From Malacoraja senta (lineage: Eukaryota), in NCBI GenBank assembly GCA_038087875.1, contig CM075983.1:25110001-25174000 (forward strand): 64,000 bases of DNA. The letters run 5' to 3'. The position numbers and the translations under genes were made by a program. The notes below the pieces were generated by a model. The model did no database searches. It saw only the letters and a list, made by a program, of their open reading frames with translations, and was not told the origin of the DNA. Below, piece after piece: positions 37,371 to 51,650 of the stretch (position 1 is the stretch's first letter; every line of letters begins with the position of its first letter).

Positions 37371-38259
37371 TAGAACATATTGTATTGATCAAAACTGACG
37401 ACATTAATTTATCCCAATCCTGCTGACAATCAAGAATATTCTAAACCAATAATCTTAAACAAATTAAATAATTTCAACAATTAAAGGAAATAAAATTATA
37501 AAAGAACACCTACAAACATTTACAAATCTCTTATCTTGAAATGCATGGTGTTGTGTTCTCTGGTACAGAATGTTTAAATGATTCTATACTTTGTGATAGG
37601 AAGTTAACACAATTTTGCTCTGTCTCAGGACCATTCTGAAAAATGATAGTGAACTGGAGATTGTAATTAAGGGACACATTTGCATTGAAATACCAAAGCA
37701 GTTGCATGTGGCAACATTGGCAGTAATGCAATAAAATACTCTTCTTTCTTCTCAAAAGGGGCCATTGCTGACGTTTAACGTAACGACTTTCAGCCTTTCC
37801 TTTAAGTTCTAATTTTAGTCAACCCTATCTTGGAAAAATAGCATGGAAATGACAAAAGTATTCCAGTAAAACCAGTAGCAGTTTGGCAGATTTTATCTTG
37901 TACCTGTTATCCAACCGTTGTCGAAAACCATGAGCAATGAAAAGGCAATGATTCAATTCAGTGCCTGCTGTCTGGAGTTGTGCAGGACTGGAAGAGGAAA
38001 TGCAGATGCTTTCATGGTTCAGAGAGTGTGAAATCAAAAGGACCCACATCAATTCCTCCTGCAATGTGGTTCACACTTACAGAAAGCCATTGCCTGGGCT
38101 ACTAATCTCAGAGGCTAGCTTCACATTGCACCACACTGGTTGGCTGTAATGTGACATTTCACTTACAGTTGCTCCTTTGGTTGATATTGAAATATTGAAA
38201 ATTGCAGCTAGGGCATAATATTTTGAATTTATCAATTGAGAATGAGATTATGCTTTTAA

Positions 38260-38580
38260 TGTAGAAACAAGAAATTATAGATGGTGGTTTACAAAAGAAA
38301 AACAAAGTGCTGGAGAACTTGGTTAGGATTAGGACCCTTCTTCCCGAACCAAAACATCACCTATCTATGTTCTCCAGGGATGCTGCCAAATGTGCTGCAT
38401 TACTTCAGCACTTTGTGTCAATTTTTGCTTTTAAACAGGTTTATACAATGCATTATAGGCGAGTTAGAAAGTCGCCCCAAAACATCACCCATTCCTTCTC
38501 TCCAGAGATGCTGCCTGTCCCGTTGAGTTACTCCAGCTTTTGGTGTCTGTCCTCGGTTTAAACCAGCATCTGCAGTTCCC
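38260..38580. mobile_element. Two adjacent Penelope pLTR mini-elements
   Basis: 38260-38425 inverted pair; 38465-38580 plus pLTR (ccagagatgctgcctgtcccgttgagttactccagc). Confidence 0.75.
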
Positions 38581-38954
38581 TCCTCCGCTAGTCATCTTCC
38601 ACTTCCATACAAGACTATACTGAAGATTTTTTAAACTTAATTCATGAGGTGTGGATATAGGCATAGATAGTTCCATCAAAATTTATTTTATGAATCACAA
38701 AGAATATCCAGAATTCTATGTTGTCTATATGTGCACTTTTCTCTGTTGTTTAAGCCTAGTCAATAGCTTTTCAACAGGAACGTACCCATTGTACCAACAA
38801 ATAATTTATTACGTTTAGTTTTGAAGGATTTCATTATTTACTTATGGGATTCTGTATGTTACACGCTTCAAATACTCAATGAGAAAAATATTTATCCATA
38901 CACTAACTTGAGCATTAATTTTAAATTAACAACAGTTGTATGGAAATACACAAA

Positions 38955-39112
38955 AACACATAAAGTGCTGGAGTAACTCAGATTGAAGAAGGGTCTCAAC
39001 CCGAAACGTCACCTATTCATGTTCTCCAGGGATGTGGCCCGACTGGCTCAGTTTCTCCAGCACTTATGTCCTTCTGTGCATTAACCAGCATATACAGTTG
39101 CTTGTTTCTACA
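38955..39112 (+). mobile_element. Penelope pLTR mini-element with short inverted 5' arm
   Basis: aaagtgctggagtaactcag, then ttgaagaagggtctcaacccgaaacgtcacc... Confidence 0.78.
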
Positions 39113-39139
39113 GTAGTGTATTTGGTCTTTAAGGAGGTG

Positions 39140-40115
39140 TTTATAAGGTGCCACATAAGCGGTTATTAAGCAGAATGAAGTGATATTCTGGTATGGACTG
39201 AGGAATGGTTACAGGCAGAAGGCAGAAATGGTTAACAGGCAGAAGGCAGAATACGTTATTTTTGGGTTAGGAGATTGTGGCTGCAGTGTTTGGCTCTGTG
39301 CTGGATGAGGGCACCAAGAATGCTCTGTACGTCTGGGTGGCAGTTCTGACTTTTGAGGACATAGTGAAGAGTTTTTAAAGCGATAAGTGAAAGAGAAAGG
39401 ACATGACAGATGGGCAATTATATGGAAAATGAAGAAGTCATCAACGTTGTTTTAAAAAATAAAAATGCAATTTTAAAATAATGTGTTCGCAGATGATGGT
39501 ATTCAAAATAATCATATGAATCGAGTTAATGTGGAGGGAAAACAAGTATTTAAGAAAATAATTATACATTGGCCCTATTGCAACATGATTTGAGTAAACG
39601 ACTAAAGTCGTCTTTGCCTGGTGACCTGGTGAGACTTAGAATGTGGTGCAAAAGTAAAATCAAAGATGTAATTGCAATAGGAAAGTGTAATGAAAGGTCA
39701 CCAGTTTGGCTCCAGAGTTGGGGGGTAGGGGATTGCCTTATAAGGAGAGGTCAAGCAGAGAGGTCCCAAACTTTCAAAGGTGCACAGGAAGAATAGATGA
39801 TCTCATAGAAATGATGCTGAGATGATGTTTCCTCTCCAAGAGTCATAGTCTCAGAGTAAAGACGTGTTTGGCCATTCATGACAAATTTGAAGAGAAATAC
39901 CTTTACCCATAAACTAGAGAATCTGTAGATGATCACTTGCTGAGTATATTCAAAGCAGAGATCAATTATTTTTTCAATGTATAGGAAGATATGGGGAATG
40001 TGATTAGTACAGGGAAATGGTGTTGAGGTAAAGGATCAGTCTTGTTCTTTATCAATGACAAAGCAAGCTTGAGACGACTTTTTACTTCTATTTCATATGT
40101 CCGTATTTCATTGTG
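39140..40115 (+). mobile_element. Highly decayed CR1 LINE
   Basis: aggtgccacataagcggtta (KVPHKRL-like) through CR1-like 3' end cttctatttcatatgt. Confidence 0.6.
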
Positions 40116-41049
40116 TTCTTTATTCTCGATCCCTTTAAATTGTGTTAAATAGTTTTCTGTCATTTCTCTCACAATATTTTAACAATCCAAATGAAATATC
40201 CTTTCAATATCTTATTTTCCGATACAAGTAAAGTAGATTTGATGGCTTATTCGTTATAACTTTCTAGAATTCTCATTTGTCAAATCCAGTGCAAGTAAGA
40301 AAATAGATTGCAGAGGGACACTGTATGCTCCAACTCTAAGAAATGAAAATAAACTCAAAATAAATTAGCCTTGCTAATAAAGTGAAGGTATGCTATAATA
40401 ATTTATAGTCATTTTATTTATTTATCCCTGTTTGCAGTAACTTTCAAAACAATTGGATATTTTATTGAATGATCAAAAATCACCCAATTCTTTTACCTTT
40501 GAATGTGAACTTTTTTTCATGTTTCTTCATTAATTATTTTTCTACTCTAATTCCCTCAGCGTGTGTTTCCCACCGAAAAAATCATAGACCATTTTAATGA
40601 AATATGATGCATGCAGATTCCTTGCTCTTTGACAAAAAAGTGATTTTGTATAAATAATATACAGTAGATGTTGATGTAGCTGGAAACTAAGAATATTACT
40701 GTTTTGTTGACTTAACTGTTTTAATCCTGTTGTCAATGACATCAGATTTTAGAAACAATCTTTTTATAGGCTTTTCACCTTGCTGGCCATTAGTTTAATA
40801 TCAAAAAACATTGTATTCTTATTGAAATATTCTCCTCTGTTTGATTTACTACGAACATGAGAGGTAAAATCGCTGAATGCATTGAATTCATTGAACACTG
40901 TTTTCCAAGCAGGAATTTTTTTAATGTTTATTGTCAGATTAACTTTGAAATTAGTTGGCTATAAAATGATTCTTCAAAATGTATCTCCCATTTATCTCCT
41001 TGTAATCTATTCTCTCATTATCAAGCTTCCTCATCCAAATTCTCCTATG

Positions 41050-41210
41050 TGGGGAAATATATAGCAGCAAATTCACCTAAAACAATTTTAGGATAATGGA
41101 GGAAACTAGAACACTCAAAGGAAAATCCATGCAGTCACAAAGAGAACATGCAAACTTTACACAAGCAGTGCTGGAGGTCAGGATTGAACCTGTGTTGCTG
41201 GAGCTATGAG
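41050..41210 (-). mobile_element. Decayed HE1-like SINE
   Basis: ggaggaaact...gcagtcacaaagagaacatgcaaact...ggattgaacctg. Confidence 0.7.
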
Positions 41211-41494
41211 ATATATGGCATATTTTCTTGAAACACAGTAACACAGCCCTGGATAGATTTAGCCCTCTAATTTAGTTACCTGGTACATTTGAATTACTTT
41301 TAAATCTATGGTCATTAATCCTTATGATATTTTGATTGCTGGATAATCATCTGAAGCGCCCACTCAATCATTTCAATTTATGGTTCATAAACTAAATATT
41401 CTTTAATTTTCAAGTTCATCATTCTCTCTTTTGTGACTACTATCTTTCCTTATTTGTTTTCTCACTCACTTCTTTGAATATTTAAAATAATATT

Positions 41495-41615
41495 CTGAGG
41501 AGGGGTCTCGACCCAAAGTGTCACCAATTCCTTCTCTCCAGAGATGCTGCCTGTCCCGCTGAGTTGCTCCAGCTTTTTCTGTCTATCTTCGGTTTAAACC
41601 AGCATCTGCAGTTCC
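41495..41615 (+). mobile_element. Penelope pLTR-derived short element
   Basis: ctgaggaggggtctcgacccaaagtgtcacc...cagcatctgcagttcc. Confidence 0.8.
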
Positions 41616-42299
41616 TCCCAACTCGCTTTTCTATCTTAATTTGGTCTGCGTGAACAATAAATCTTTATTATTCAGCTTTTAAAAATGATTTAATTTTCAA
41701 GTTACTATAATTTTTGAATTACCACAAAATGAGCACCTTTTTATTGTCAAGAAGAATCTTGCAATTGGCTTTCATCAACATTAATGTTTTATCCGTTCTA
41801 TAAAATAAAATGTTGGCCAATATTCTGCTAAGAGAGTTTGTACAAATTTTCTTATTCTGTTTTTTCGGAGTAAAAATTTTGAACTCCATGGGAACTTCTT
41901 ATCATAACTTTAAAAAATATTATTTAACCTTTCAGCAATAAGATTATAGTTGTGGGAAAGAGGTGTGCAGGTCGCACAGTGACAGTATGTGACGTTTAAT
42001 TTCATCTCATTTATAGGGTAATAAGGGGAAGAAAGGATCATGCAAGCATATAGGAGGGAATATATGCTTGGAGTCAGAGGATGTAGATGAGTAAAATTAC
42101 AATTAAAACACAAAGTACTAGTGCTATAACTCCAGGATAAGCACTCAACTAAGAAAACCAAGCCCAAAGCCAAAGTATTATTAACTATCTAACTAAATAT
42201 ACCAACTTATGCTAACGACAATAAATAACTCCGGATGCAAAAAACAGCTACCTACATGTTAACTAATCGTATAGATGCAAGTATATCATTGGGGCACTA

Positions 42300-44030
42300 A
42301 ATGAGTGCTTTACATCTGCATTCACGAAGGGGAAGGACATGGAGGATAGTGTTCATAAGTTCATAAGACATAGGAGTAGAATTAAGCTATTTGGCTTATC
42401 TACTGTAGTCTACTCTGCAATTCAATCATGGCTGTTCTATCTTTCCCTCTCAATTCTATTCTCCTGCCTTCTCCACATAACCTTTAACACCTTTATTAAT
42501 CAAGAACCTGTCAATCTCCATTTTAAAAATACCATCAGACTTGGCTGCAACAGCTGTCTGTGGCGATGAATGCCACAGATTTACCAATTTCTTGCTAAAG
42601 AACTTATTCTTCATCTCCTTTCTAAAGGTGCATTTTATACTGAGGTTGTGCCCTCTGGTCCTAGACTCTCCCACTAGTGGAAATTAGTGAGATCAGTGTG
42701 GGATATACTAATATACTAGTGCAGTTTGAGATCAAGGAGGAGGTGTTGCTGAGTCTCTGGAAAAACATGAAGATGGTTAAATCCCCAGGGCCTAATGGTA
42801 TCTATCCCAGGTTATTGAGAGAGGCAAGAGAGGACATTTCAGGAACTTTGACAAAGATCTGTGTATCCACTCAAGCCACAAGTGAGGTCCCGTTGGAATG
42901 GAGAATAACCAATGTTGCTCCTTTGTTTAGGGAGGGAAGTAGAGATAATGCAGGAAATTATAGGTCAATCAGTGGTACGGAAGCTATTAGACAGAATTCT
43001 TGGGAATAGGATTTACTCATATTTGGAAGAGAATCGGATAATTGGGGACAGTCAGCGTGACTTTCTCCATGGCAGGCCTTGTCTTACTAACATGAATTAG
43101 TTTTTTGAGGAGATGACTAGGGTGATCGATGATGTTACAATGTTGTCTGTGGATTTGTGATGCATTTTATAAAGTCCATTATGATAGGGTGATCCAGAAG
43201 ATTAAGATGCATGGGATCTATCGTGGTTTGAAATTTGGATTCAGAAATGGTTCACCCATAGAAGCCAAAGGGCAGTAGTGTAAGGGTGTAACTGTGGCTG
43301 GAGGTCTGTGACCAGTGGTGTTCTGCAGGGTGATACAAGGATCTGAAGATACTGCTTTACAAAAAATGACATAAAGTGTTGGAATAACCCATCAGGTCAG
43401 GCAGCATCCCTGAGGTGGTCTTCTGCCATGATTAGCGCTGGGACCTCTATTGTTTGTGGTATATCTAAATGATGTGGACATAAATGTAGATTAGTTGATT
43501 AGTACATTTGCAGATGATGCCCAAATTGGTGGAGTTGCGCACAGTGGGGAAGGCTTTGGAGAGGGTACAAAAAGGTTAACCGGAATGCTGAGTTGATCAG
43601 AGGATATTAGCTAGAAGGAGCGATTGGACATATTTAGAATGTTTACTCTGGGTCATCAAGGTTGAGGGGAGACCGGTAGAAGTATAAGAAATTATGAGAG
43701 ACACAGAGAGAATAGACAGTCTGAGCCTTTTTACCAGGTGGAAAAGTAAAAAACTAGAAGGCATAGCTTACCCCTCTGACTTTAAAGTTTAAAGAAGTGT
43801 GGGGCAAATAAAAAAAAAGAGAGAGTGGTGCCTAGATCACGATGCCAGTGGTGGTGGTGGAAGCAGATTTTGTTTGAGATGCTTTTAAAAAGGCACATGA
43901 ATATGCAAGGAATGGAGGGGCTTGGATCATTTGCAGGCAGAGGAGATTAGTTTAGTTTGGTATCATGATCAGCACAGATATTGTAGGCCAAATGGCCTGT
44001 TCTGGTGCTGTACCCTGCTATGTACTATAT
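42300..44030 (+). mobile_element. Decayed CR1 LINE with nested minus CR1 3' end (42352-42680) and a pLTR fragment (~43360-43410)
   Basis: KSPGPNGIYPRLLREAR, GRPCLTN, tttgcagatgat (FADD). The nested piece encodes MGESRTRGHNL on minus. Confidence 0.8.
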
Positions 44031-44329
44031 GATCTTCCCCAAGGTTGGTTTTCTTGCAGGCCCATTGATTTATGTCAAGAGTTGCTTGCTAGTGTGGACG
44101 AAATGTAAGATGGTGATGAGTTTCTTTGAACGTGTGGAAGGCGTTCCACAGTCCCTTCCAAATAATGGAGGCATTATTTGGAAGGGTTTTATTTAGATTG
44201 AAGCAGATCACTGGCTGCTGCCTGCATTTCTTGTGAGGTGGTCGCACAGTGACAATCAGGTCTACGGTATCTCTGCATGTATATTTGGTTAGACTTTCTT
44301 CCACCTTGGCATGAGGCAGTTAACTGTGC

Positions 44330-44545
44330 ACTAGTTCTATGTTATCGCATTTTTGCATGCTACACACAAGGGCCAATTTACAGAAGCTCATTATCTACAA
44401 ACGCATATCTTTGGAATGTGAGAGGAAACCGGAGAAAGCCCACAGTTCTCAGGGAGAACATACAAACTCTGCACAGACAGCACCCGTAGTCAGGATTGAA
44501 CCTGGGTCTGTGGCCCTGTGAGGCAGCTGCGCTACTGTGCTGCCC
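44330..44545 (-). mobile_element. HE1-like SINE
   Basis: Reverse complement of the 6548 SINE (gcacagacagcacccgtagtcaggattgaacctgggtc). Confidence 0.85.
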
Positions 44546-44639
44546 AACAATACAAACCCAATTGGCTTCATGATATTGTTGCCATTACCAGCTAACTGGT
44601 TAGATGAGAAGCCAAGAATTACAGGTCCTCCTTTATGTC

Positions 44640-45175
44640 CACCCATGCTCCTTCTCATAGATCCTTCTATGTAACTGCAGAAGTTGTAACACTTACCCTT
44701 TTATCTCTACCCTTTCCGCTAATCAGGGACCCAAATAATCCTTCTAGGTGAAGCAGCGATTCATTTTCCCCTCTTTCAATTCATGTATTGTTTGCTTCTA
44801 TACAGTGCAGAAAGCAAACATAGATTGGATGATTACGTGTAGAATACCTCTGTTAATTCCACAATCATCATCGCAAGCTTTCAATTAGTTGCCAGCAGCT
44901 TTAATTCTCCATCCCACTCCCACTGGCCATGGCTTGTTACTCTGTTCCAATGTAACCTCACGTAGCAGCTTCTATTTCATCTTCGGCCACAGCATACTCC
45001 TAGCAAGTTAGACAGTGTTCTGTGGGGGAATGGGCTGGTCAATGACCTCTCTTGGTGGTGTTTTTTGGCCTGGGGCATTGCTCATTTTCTTTTTCCACGG
45101 ATGCTGCCTCGTCGGTCGAGTGTTCCCGGCATTTTTGTGTCAGATTACCAGCATCTGCAGTTTACGTTGCTTTTA
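44640..45175 (+). mobile_element. Decayed Penelope GIY-YIG region and pLTR
   Basis: cagggacccaaa...ggtgaagcagcgattc (QGPK..QVKQRF-like), tttaattctccatcccactcccac (FNSPSHSH), pLTR remnant 45090-45165. Confidence 0.6.
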
Positions 45176-45536
45176 ACTCTCCACCAGTTGTAATGTAGCT
45201 CAGTTCTTCTCTCCACAGATGTTGCCTGATTCAGCATTCTCTTTTACTTCAGGTAACTGCTTTGCTACTGCTATGCAACTGCTATGGTCTGTATGTCATA
45301 TTTCCAGGAGGTTTTTTTCACCGTCTGTTTTCCCTTTACACCTCCACCAGACAAATCAGCTGCAACTTCTATCTGGTAGCTCCCATTAACCAACCTTCAC
45401 TCCCCTCTCCCAGTCCAAATCAATCCATGCTATCAGTTTACTCTGGGTCACCACTCTATCATAGGCCTCTCTATTCTCACCATTCATTTACCTTCTCAAA
45501 AATGTAAACGTGCCTTTCTAATTTCTAACCAGTTTT

Positions 45537-45800
45537 AATAATAATAATAATAATATAATAATATATTTTATTGTCATTGCACGTAGGTGCAACGAGATTT
45601 GGTATGCAGCTTCTATCCGATAGTCATAACTTAAACAACTAATAAAATTTAGATACCCCGAGAAACATGATTTATTAAAAAAAAAAAGAACCAGTAAAAC
45701 AGTAAAATAGTCTAAAGTGCAAATATGTCTGTGCCGGGTCGATGTGCGTGAATACAGTTCATGGGGGTGGGGGGGGGGCACGCAGCAGGGCCGGTTCAGA
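45537..45800 (-). mobile_element. LINE 3' UTR fragment (Rex/Babar-type tail)
   Basis: (TTA)n tail, AATAAA, and tttattgtcattgcac...gagattt terminus. Confidence 0.55.
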
Positions 45801-46624
45801 GGAGGTCGTCAACTTTCAACATCATCTCTTTTCCTTCATTGATGCTGCTTGACCTGCTGAATATTTGCAGCAGTTTCCCAGTAATTACAAAAAAAATTCA
45901 GTGACTGTAGGTTGTTTCTTTTGTTTTTAAAACATTTAAGTATGTTTTGCTGTCAAAAATATCCAGATTCTCTTTTGGAAACTTCTCATCTTTGATGTGT
46001 TCATTCTGGCAGCTGTTGCATTGCATAAATCTCAGTGTAAGAAAGACAAAATGCATTAGTGTCATAATTGCAAGGAACTGGCAGCTGTTACTGCACTGAC
46101 TCTGACATTTCTCACTGAAACCAGTATAGACTGAGCTGACTGTGTGAAACTTCAAAAGTGAGAGCAGCATTTTAAAGATTACAAACTGGGGAAATGATTT
46201 TCACCTAATTTTCTCACTGAAGCAAATTTCATGCATTGTATATATAACGCTAATGCAATAGTCATTAAATACTATCCTCTCACCCTTATCATACCATCAG
46301 CTGTTCATATAATTGGAAAATTAATATGAAGCCCTCAAGGTATGATTCAAGTTCATTCTGAGTCCTTCTAAATTAGCGTTATTTAATCTATCAGCCGCTT
46401 TAGTTCCAGCCACAACATTGCAGGAAGGATGAGATAGCCCAGAGAGGGTTCAGTTGAGGGCAATGAGCATATCACTGGGACTGGAGAACCTCAGCTTTGA
46501 TTGGCTAGATTTGGACTGTTCTCCTTTGTAACAAAGAAGGCTTAGGGAAGATTTTAATTAAAGTGAATAAGATTAAGTGTATGAGATTAAGTGTATAAGG
46601 TGACAGATAGTGAAAATGATCAGA

Positions 46625-47300
46625 TAAGAGACTGCCGATACTGGAATTTGTAGCAAAATATAATCTGCAGGAACCCAGTGGGCCGAGCAGCATCTGTGGA
46701 TGGAAAGGAATAGTTAACATTATGGTTTGAAACCCTGATCAGGACTGAGAGTGAGACAAAGCTAGTGTAAAGAAGGAAGGGGGAGTGGTGAAACAGAAGC
46801 GAATGGTCGACCAAGGAGGGGTGAAGGATGATGGGCATATGGAGAAGGGAGAAGGAGGGGTGCAGTTGGGAGGCAGAAGCATTTGGATGATGGCTGGTGA
46901 TGGAGAGAAGAAAAAATAAATAAAAGTAAAAAAGAGGCTGATGGAGCTAGGTGTGGGGACAGGTGGGTTAGGGTGGAGACACTGCTGGAAGGTGTTAAGC
47001 AGGAGCACCAAGGCTACCAGTGCTAGAATCTGGTAAGTAAGAAAGGTGGTAATGGGAATCATGAAGGCAGAGGTGAAGGGCAGATGGAACCAGAGCAAGA
47101 TAGTAATGGGGCTAGTGGAAATGTGTGTGTGGAAAAAACCAGGAGGAGGTGGGGGATGAAAATTGGTGACGGAGAGCAGGGAGAGGAGGGGGGAGGGCAG
47201 GTGGGGCTGGTTGGTGACTGGGTAAGGGCACAAAACATGGGAGTCATGGGGAGTAATTGAAAAGAGAGAGAGGGGAAATCACCCCAAGGGCAAGGATCTC
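46625..47300 (-). mobile_element. Penelope 3' relic with long purine-rich UTR
   Basis: pLTR-like gagcagcatctgtgga...tttgaaaccctgatcaggac followed by a GA-rich tract. Confidence 0.6.
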
Positions 47301-47464
47301 CAAAAATGGAAATATTCATTGTTCATGCCATTGCATTGCTTGGGTTCATCTTGTTTGGATTGGGCTTCACCCTGGCAGTGGTGAAGGCCAAGGATCGGCA
47401 AGTTTAGCTGATTTAAATTCTGCTCATGATAAATCTTCACAGCGCTCCCTCGACTGCAAGTATA

Positions 47465-48290
47465 TCCTTCCATAGATCGGGAGACCTGACCTTTATACAA
47501 TATTCTGGATGTGATCTCAATAGGGTTCTTTATAATTGGAACAAGGCATCTCCAATTTTACACTCAATTCTCCAGCAGTGAAGGCCAAGATATCATTTGC
47601 CATCCTCATTACTTGCCAACAGCAAGTTAAATGTTAGTGATAAGAACATCCGTTTTTTCCGAAAACCCGCAGGTTTCAATCTCAGACCATCTAAATGTCC
47701 TTTTGTTTACTAAAGTGGATGATTTTACAATTTTCTGAGTTATATTCCATCTGCTGCATACTTGCCTATTCACTTTGTCTAACCATATCCATCTGAACTT
47801 TCTCAGCATTCTCTCTAGAATCTAATCTGCCATTGAGATTAATATGATCTGCAAACATGGTTACATTACATGTATTGCCATATAATTATTGATATAGAAT
47901 ATGAACTAGTAGAAGTCCAACACCAAACTATGTGGCATGTAAGTGGTCACAGTCTCCCAACTTGAAAGTGATTTGTTTATTGCTTTTCTCTCCTTTTAAT
48001 CCCTTAACCAATCCACCATCCTTGCCAATATATTACCCCTAGTACTGTGCATTATGAAATGTGTTTAATAATTTATGTGGCACCTTATCAATGGCCTTCT
48101 GAAAGTCCAAATACACAATATGTCTGGGTTATCCTTGCTAGGTACAACCTTAAACATTCCAAAAAGTTTGTCAAATATAATTTTGCTTTCATAAATCATT
48201 GTTCACTCTCCCCATTCCAATTATTATTTTTCAAGTGCTCTCTAACCTAAATAATGGATTCCAGCATTTTCCTGATTACTAATTCCAGTA
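47465..48290 (-). mobile_element. Old CR1 RT relic
   Basis: gtggcaccttatcaatggccttctgaaagtccaa (LDFQKAIDKVPH on minus). Confidence 0.7.
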
Positions 48291-49304
48291 TGCAAGTGTC
48301 TTCTGTACTTCTACTGCCACATGTGTGATTAATCCACAGTTTATATTGGGCAATACTCTTCTTAGCTGGGTTTCATTCTAGTCCCAGCCCTTTGTACCTT
48401 TTATTTCCAGGATTTCTGTTCCAATGATGATTATTGAGGAAAATGTGTCCTTGTGCATTGGTCTTCATTGGGTTAAAAGCAGCTTTTTCAATTTTGTTCC
48501 TCACAGAATGATTACACAACTCTTTGATCTTTGTAATTATCATCCGATTACTATTTCATGAAGTCAGCCAACCATGTATTACAGCTCCTCCCATCCGTGA
48601 CCATTTTGCACTAGCCATTAGGAATTACACCAGACTATACTTGCCTCCATCTCCAACCCTCATACACACTGAAACTGACCAAATATCAGTATTTCACATG
48701 AAAAGAATGGTGAATTCATTCTAAGTGGTGATTTTGCATATGTGCTCTCATTTGTTTCATATGAACTTATTGACAAAAACAAGGGGTCATCTTATCCTCA
48801 GAAGTAATCATAGGGCCTCTAACAAAAGAAACAGTGAGTCAGCATTAACCAAGGAGGCAAGGAGAACTAATTCTGTGTGAATTAATTCAAGCAGAGAGAC
48901 TGTGGGAATGTTCCTTATCTATGTGCAGTATTAAAACCAAATAGTAATATCATAATAGTGATTGTTTGATCTAATACACAGTCCATTTAACACTTTAATA
49001 TAATCAAATACATTGTAGAAAGTGTTTCCCTCCATAGTTCTACACTGATTGGTAGTATCCAAGACGATCAAATGTGAGTTATTTTTCTTTAATAGAGTCT
49101 GCCAGACAAACTTTTGTGTTGTACTTTCCTCTCAACAAATTTCCCACAAATATTCACAAAATAATATGCTTTAGACTCAAGGACCAAAAGAAGCTATCTG
49201 GAATACTTTCAGTTATCTAATCCAAGGAAATATTTTACAGTTCTGATTCTGTATCATGTATAAAGGATATTATAGATCTGTAAAAATTGGATTGAAGACT
49301 GATT

Positions 49305-50645
49305 TTAGGTTTAGGTTTATTATTGCCACGTACTGAGGTACAGTGAAAAGCTTTGTTTTGCATGCTATCCAAACAGATCAGATAAACTAAACAAGATACA
49401 ATCAAATCTAAGTACAACAGATGGAGTAAAAGGGGAAGATACCAACTCCAGATAATTGTAGCACATTGAGCATATCAATTCTTTAGACAAAGTCCAATGT
49501 CCTCAATGGCGTAGAAGTGAATTATACAGCACCCTATCTTACGAAAGGACTGTTCAGAAGCCTGATTACAGAGGGGAAGAAGTTGTTTCTGAGTCTGGTG
49601 GTGTGCGCTTTCAAGTTTCTATACCTTCTGCCGGCCGGGAGCAGGGAGAAGAAGGAATGATTCCGGAGGATCAAGTTTATGATTATGTTGGCTGCTTCTC
49701 CAAGACAGCATGAAGTGTAGATGGAGTCAATGCTGGGATGCCTGGTGTGTGACTGGGACTGGGCTTCATCTACAACTCTCTGCAAGTTGTTGTGGTCTTG
49801 GGCAGAGCCGTTCCCAAACCAAGCTGTGATGCAACCTGACACATTGCTTTATCTGGTGCATTTTTAAAGGTTTGTAAGAGTCTCTGAATGTATGTCGACT
49901 TTCCTCAGCCTCTGAAGGAAGTGAAGGCTTGGTGTGCCTCTTTAGCTGTTACATCGATGTAGTCAGTCCACGATAAATCATGGGTAATATTGACGGCAAG
50001 GAACAGAAAGCTCTCAACCATTTCTGTATCTGCACCATTGATGCACCGTAAATGCCCGTAATTAGGGCATTTACGCCACCATTCTTCCTGAAGTCAATAA
50101 CTAGCTCTTTCATCATGCTGACATTGAGGGAGAGGTTATTGTCCTGGTACAATGCACAAAGTTTTCTATCCACATCTTGTATGCCATCTTGTGGCTGTTC
50201 ATGATTTGGGCCACCATGGTGGTGTGGTCTCCGAACGTAGATGGAAGTGGAGCTGAATTTGGCCACACAGTCATGAATGTAAAGAGACTACAGTAGGGAA
50301 CTGATAACGCATCTATGTGGGACATCAGTATTGAGAGTTATTGTGGAGGAGGTGTTGTCACCTATCCTCACTGATTTAGGTATGTGGGTCAAAAGGTCGG
50401 GAATCCAGTGGTGGAGCTGGGAGCTGATTTGTAGCTCCCCAAGGCTGAAGATGAGTTTGGATGTGATTATGTTGTTGAAGGCAGAACTATAGCCAATAAA
50501 TAAGAGTTTAACATCAGAGTGCTTGTTGTCTAGGTGTTCCAGAGATGAGTTTGGGACCTGTTGTGACGATCAACAAACTGCAGTAGGTCAAGGCTGGAGT
50601 TAATGTGCACCATCGTCAGTCTCTTGAAGCAGTTCATGATGGTGC
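49305..50645 (-). mobile_element. Rex1/Babar LINE, ~1.3 kb
   Basis: SGCITAWFGNGSAQDHNNLQRVV...GRRYRNLKAHTTRLRNNFFPSVIRLLN; NNLSLNVS..KELVIDFRK; (CCTAAA)n tail. Confidence 0.9.
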
Positions 50646-50999
50646 TTCATACTGTAGGTAATTGCTCCAACTGAAGCAATGAGGTAAACATTTATTGGTA
50701 CAGTAGGGTATCCTTAAGGCTGAAAGATCATCATTAACTTTGTTACAAAAAATGGCCAAATGATCTGAAGCAAAGGGAGTTGAAGAAGTGATCGTCCAAC
50801 TTCCGTTATCTACATTTTCTCGTATCCATCTTTGTGACCTCTACCACGATGGATCATGGATTCAAGGATCTATTTGTAGAATCTGCAAATATTTCCACCT
50901 GGGAAAGCTGACACAAAGAAAATACATTTCACTAGGAAGTAGATTGTGGGTTCCAACAAGGACTTTGAGCGATGAGCTTGGTTGCTGAGCAGTACCTTG

Positions 51000-51650
51000 C
51001 TTATAACCCACCTAGTTGTCTCCATCTTCACACTCCTTCACCCACCTTGCTCTTTCTACCTTTTAAAAATTCTGTTTCCATTTATCACCCACTTGCCTTT
51101 GTATTTTACAGTAATTACACTCTTCCATCTCCCCTCTCCGCCTTGATCTATCTTACTTCACTCTTCCTCAGTCCATCAATCACCTTTCCCCCTCTCCCCT
51201 TAATACCAGCTATTTTCCCTCTCCATTACTTCTTTCTGACGCAGGATTCAACCCAAAATATGGACAATTGCTTTCACCCACAGATGCCGAGTTCCTCCAT
51301 CAGATTGTTTATTGCAGCAGGATTGGGGTTAAAAATAGGGAAGTATTGTCGCAATTGTACAGGATATTTGTGAGGCCTCACTTGGAATACTGTGCACAGT
51401 TTTGGTCACTTTAATTAAGAAAGGATTTTGAAATATATAAAAACTAGGAGGCACGGTAAGGTAGATATTAAGGCGTTTCCATAGGTTGGAAAATCTCGAA
51501 TGAGAGGACATGGTTACAAGGAAGGAGGATGTCATTTGAAACTACAAGCTTCTTACTGGGGATGATGAGCCTCTAAGAGTTATGATGCAAATCAATGGAA
51601 ATTGAGTAAAGATAAAGGAGATAATTTTTTGAGGCAGGTTTATCTGGTAG
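51000..51650 (+). mobile_element. Penelope 3' relic (~51000-51320) followed by CR1 relic
   Basis: CT-rich UTR then ctgacgcaggattcaacccaaaa; CR1 gtgaggcctcacttggaatactgtg (VRPHLEYC). Confidence 0.6.

Noticed and set aside
37531-38149. Short ORFs and AG/GT-bounded segments as host exons
   Set aside because: No recognisable protein similarity; such signals are expected by chance.
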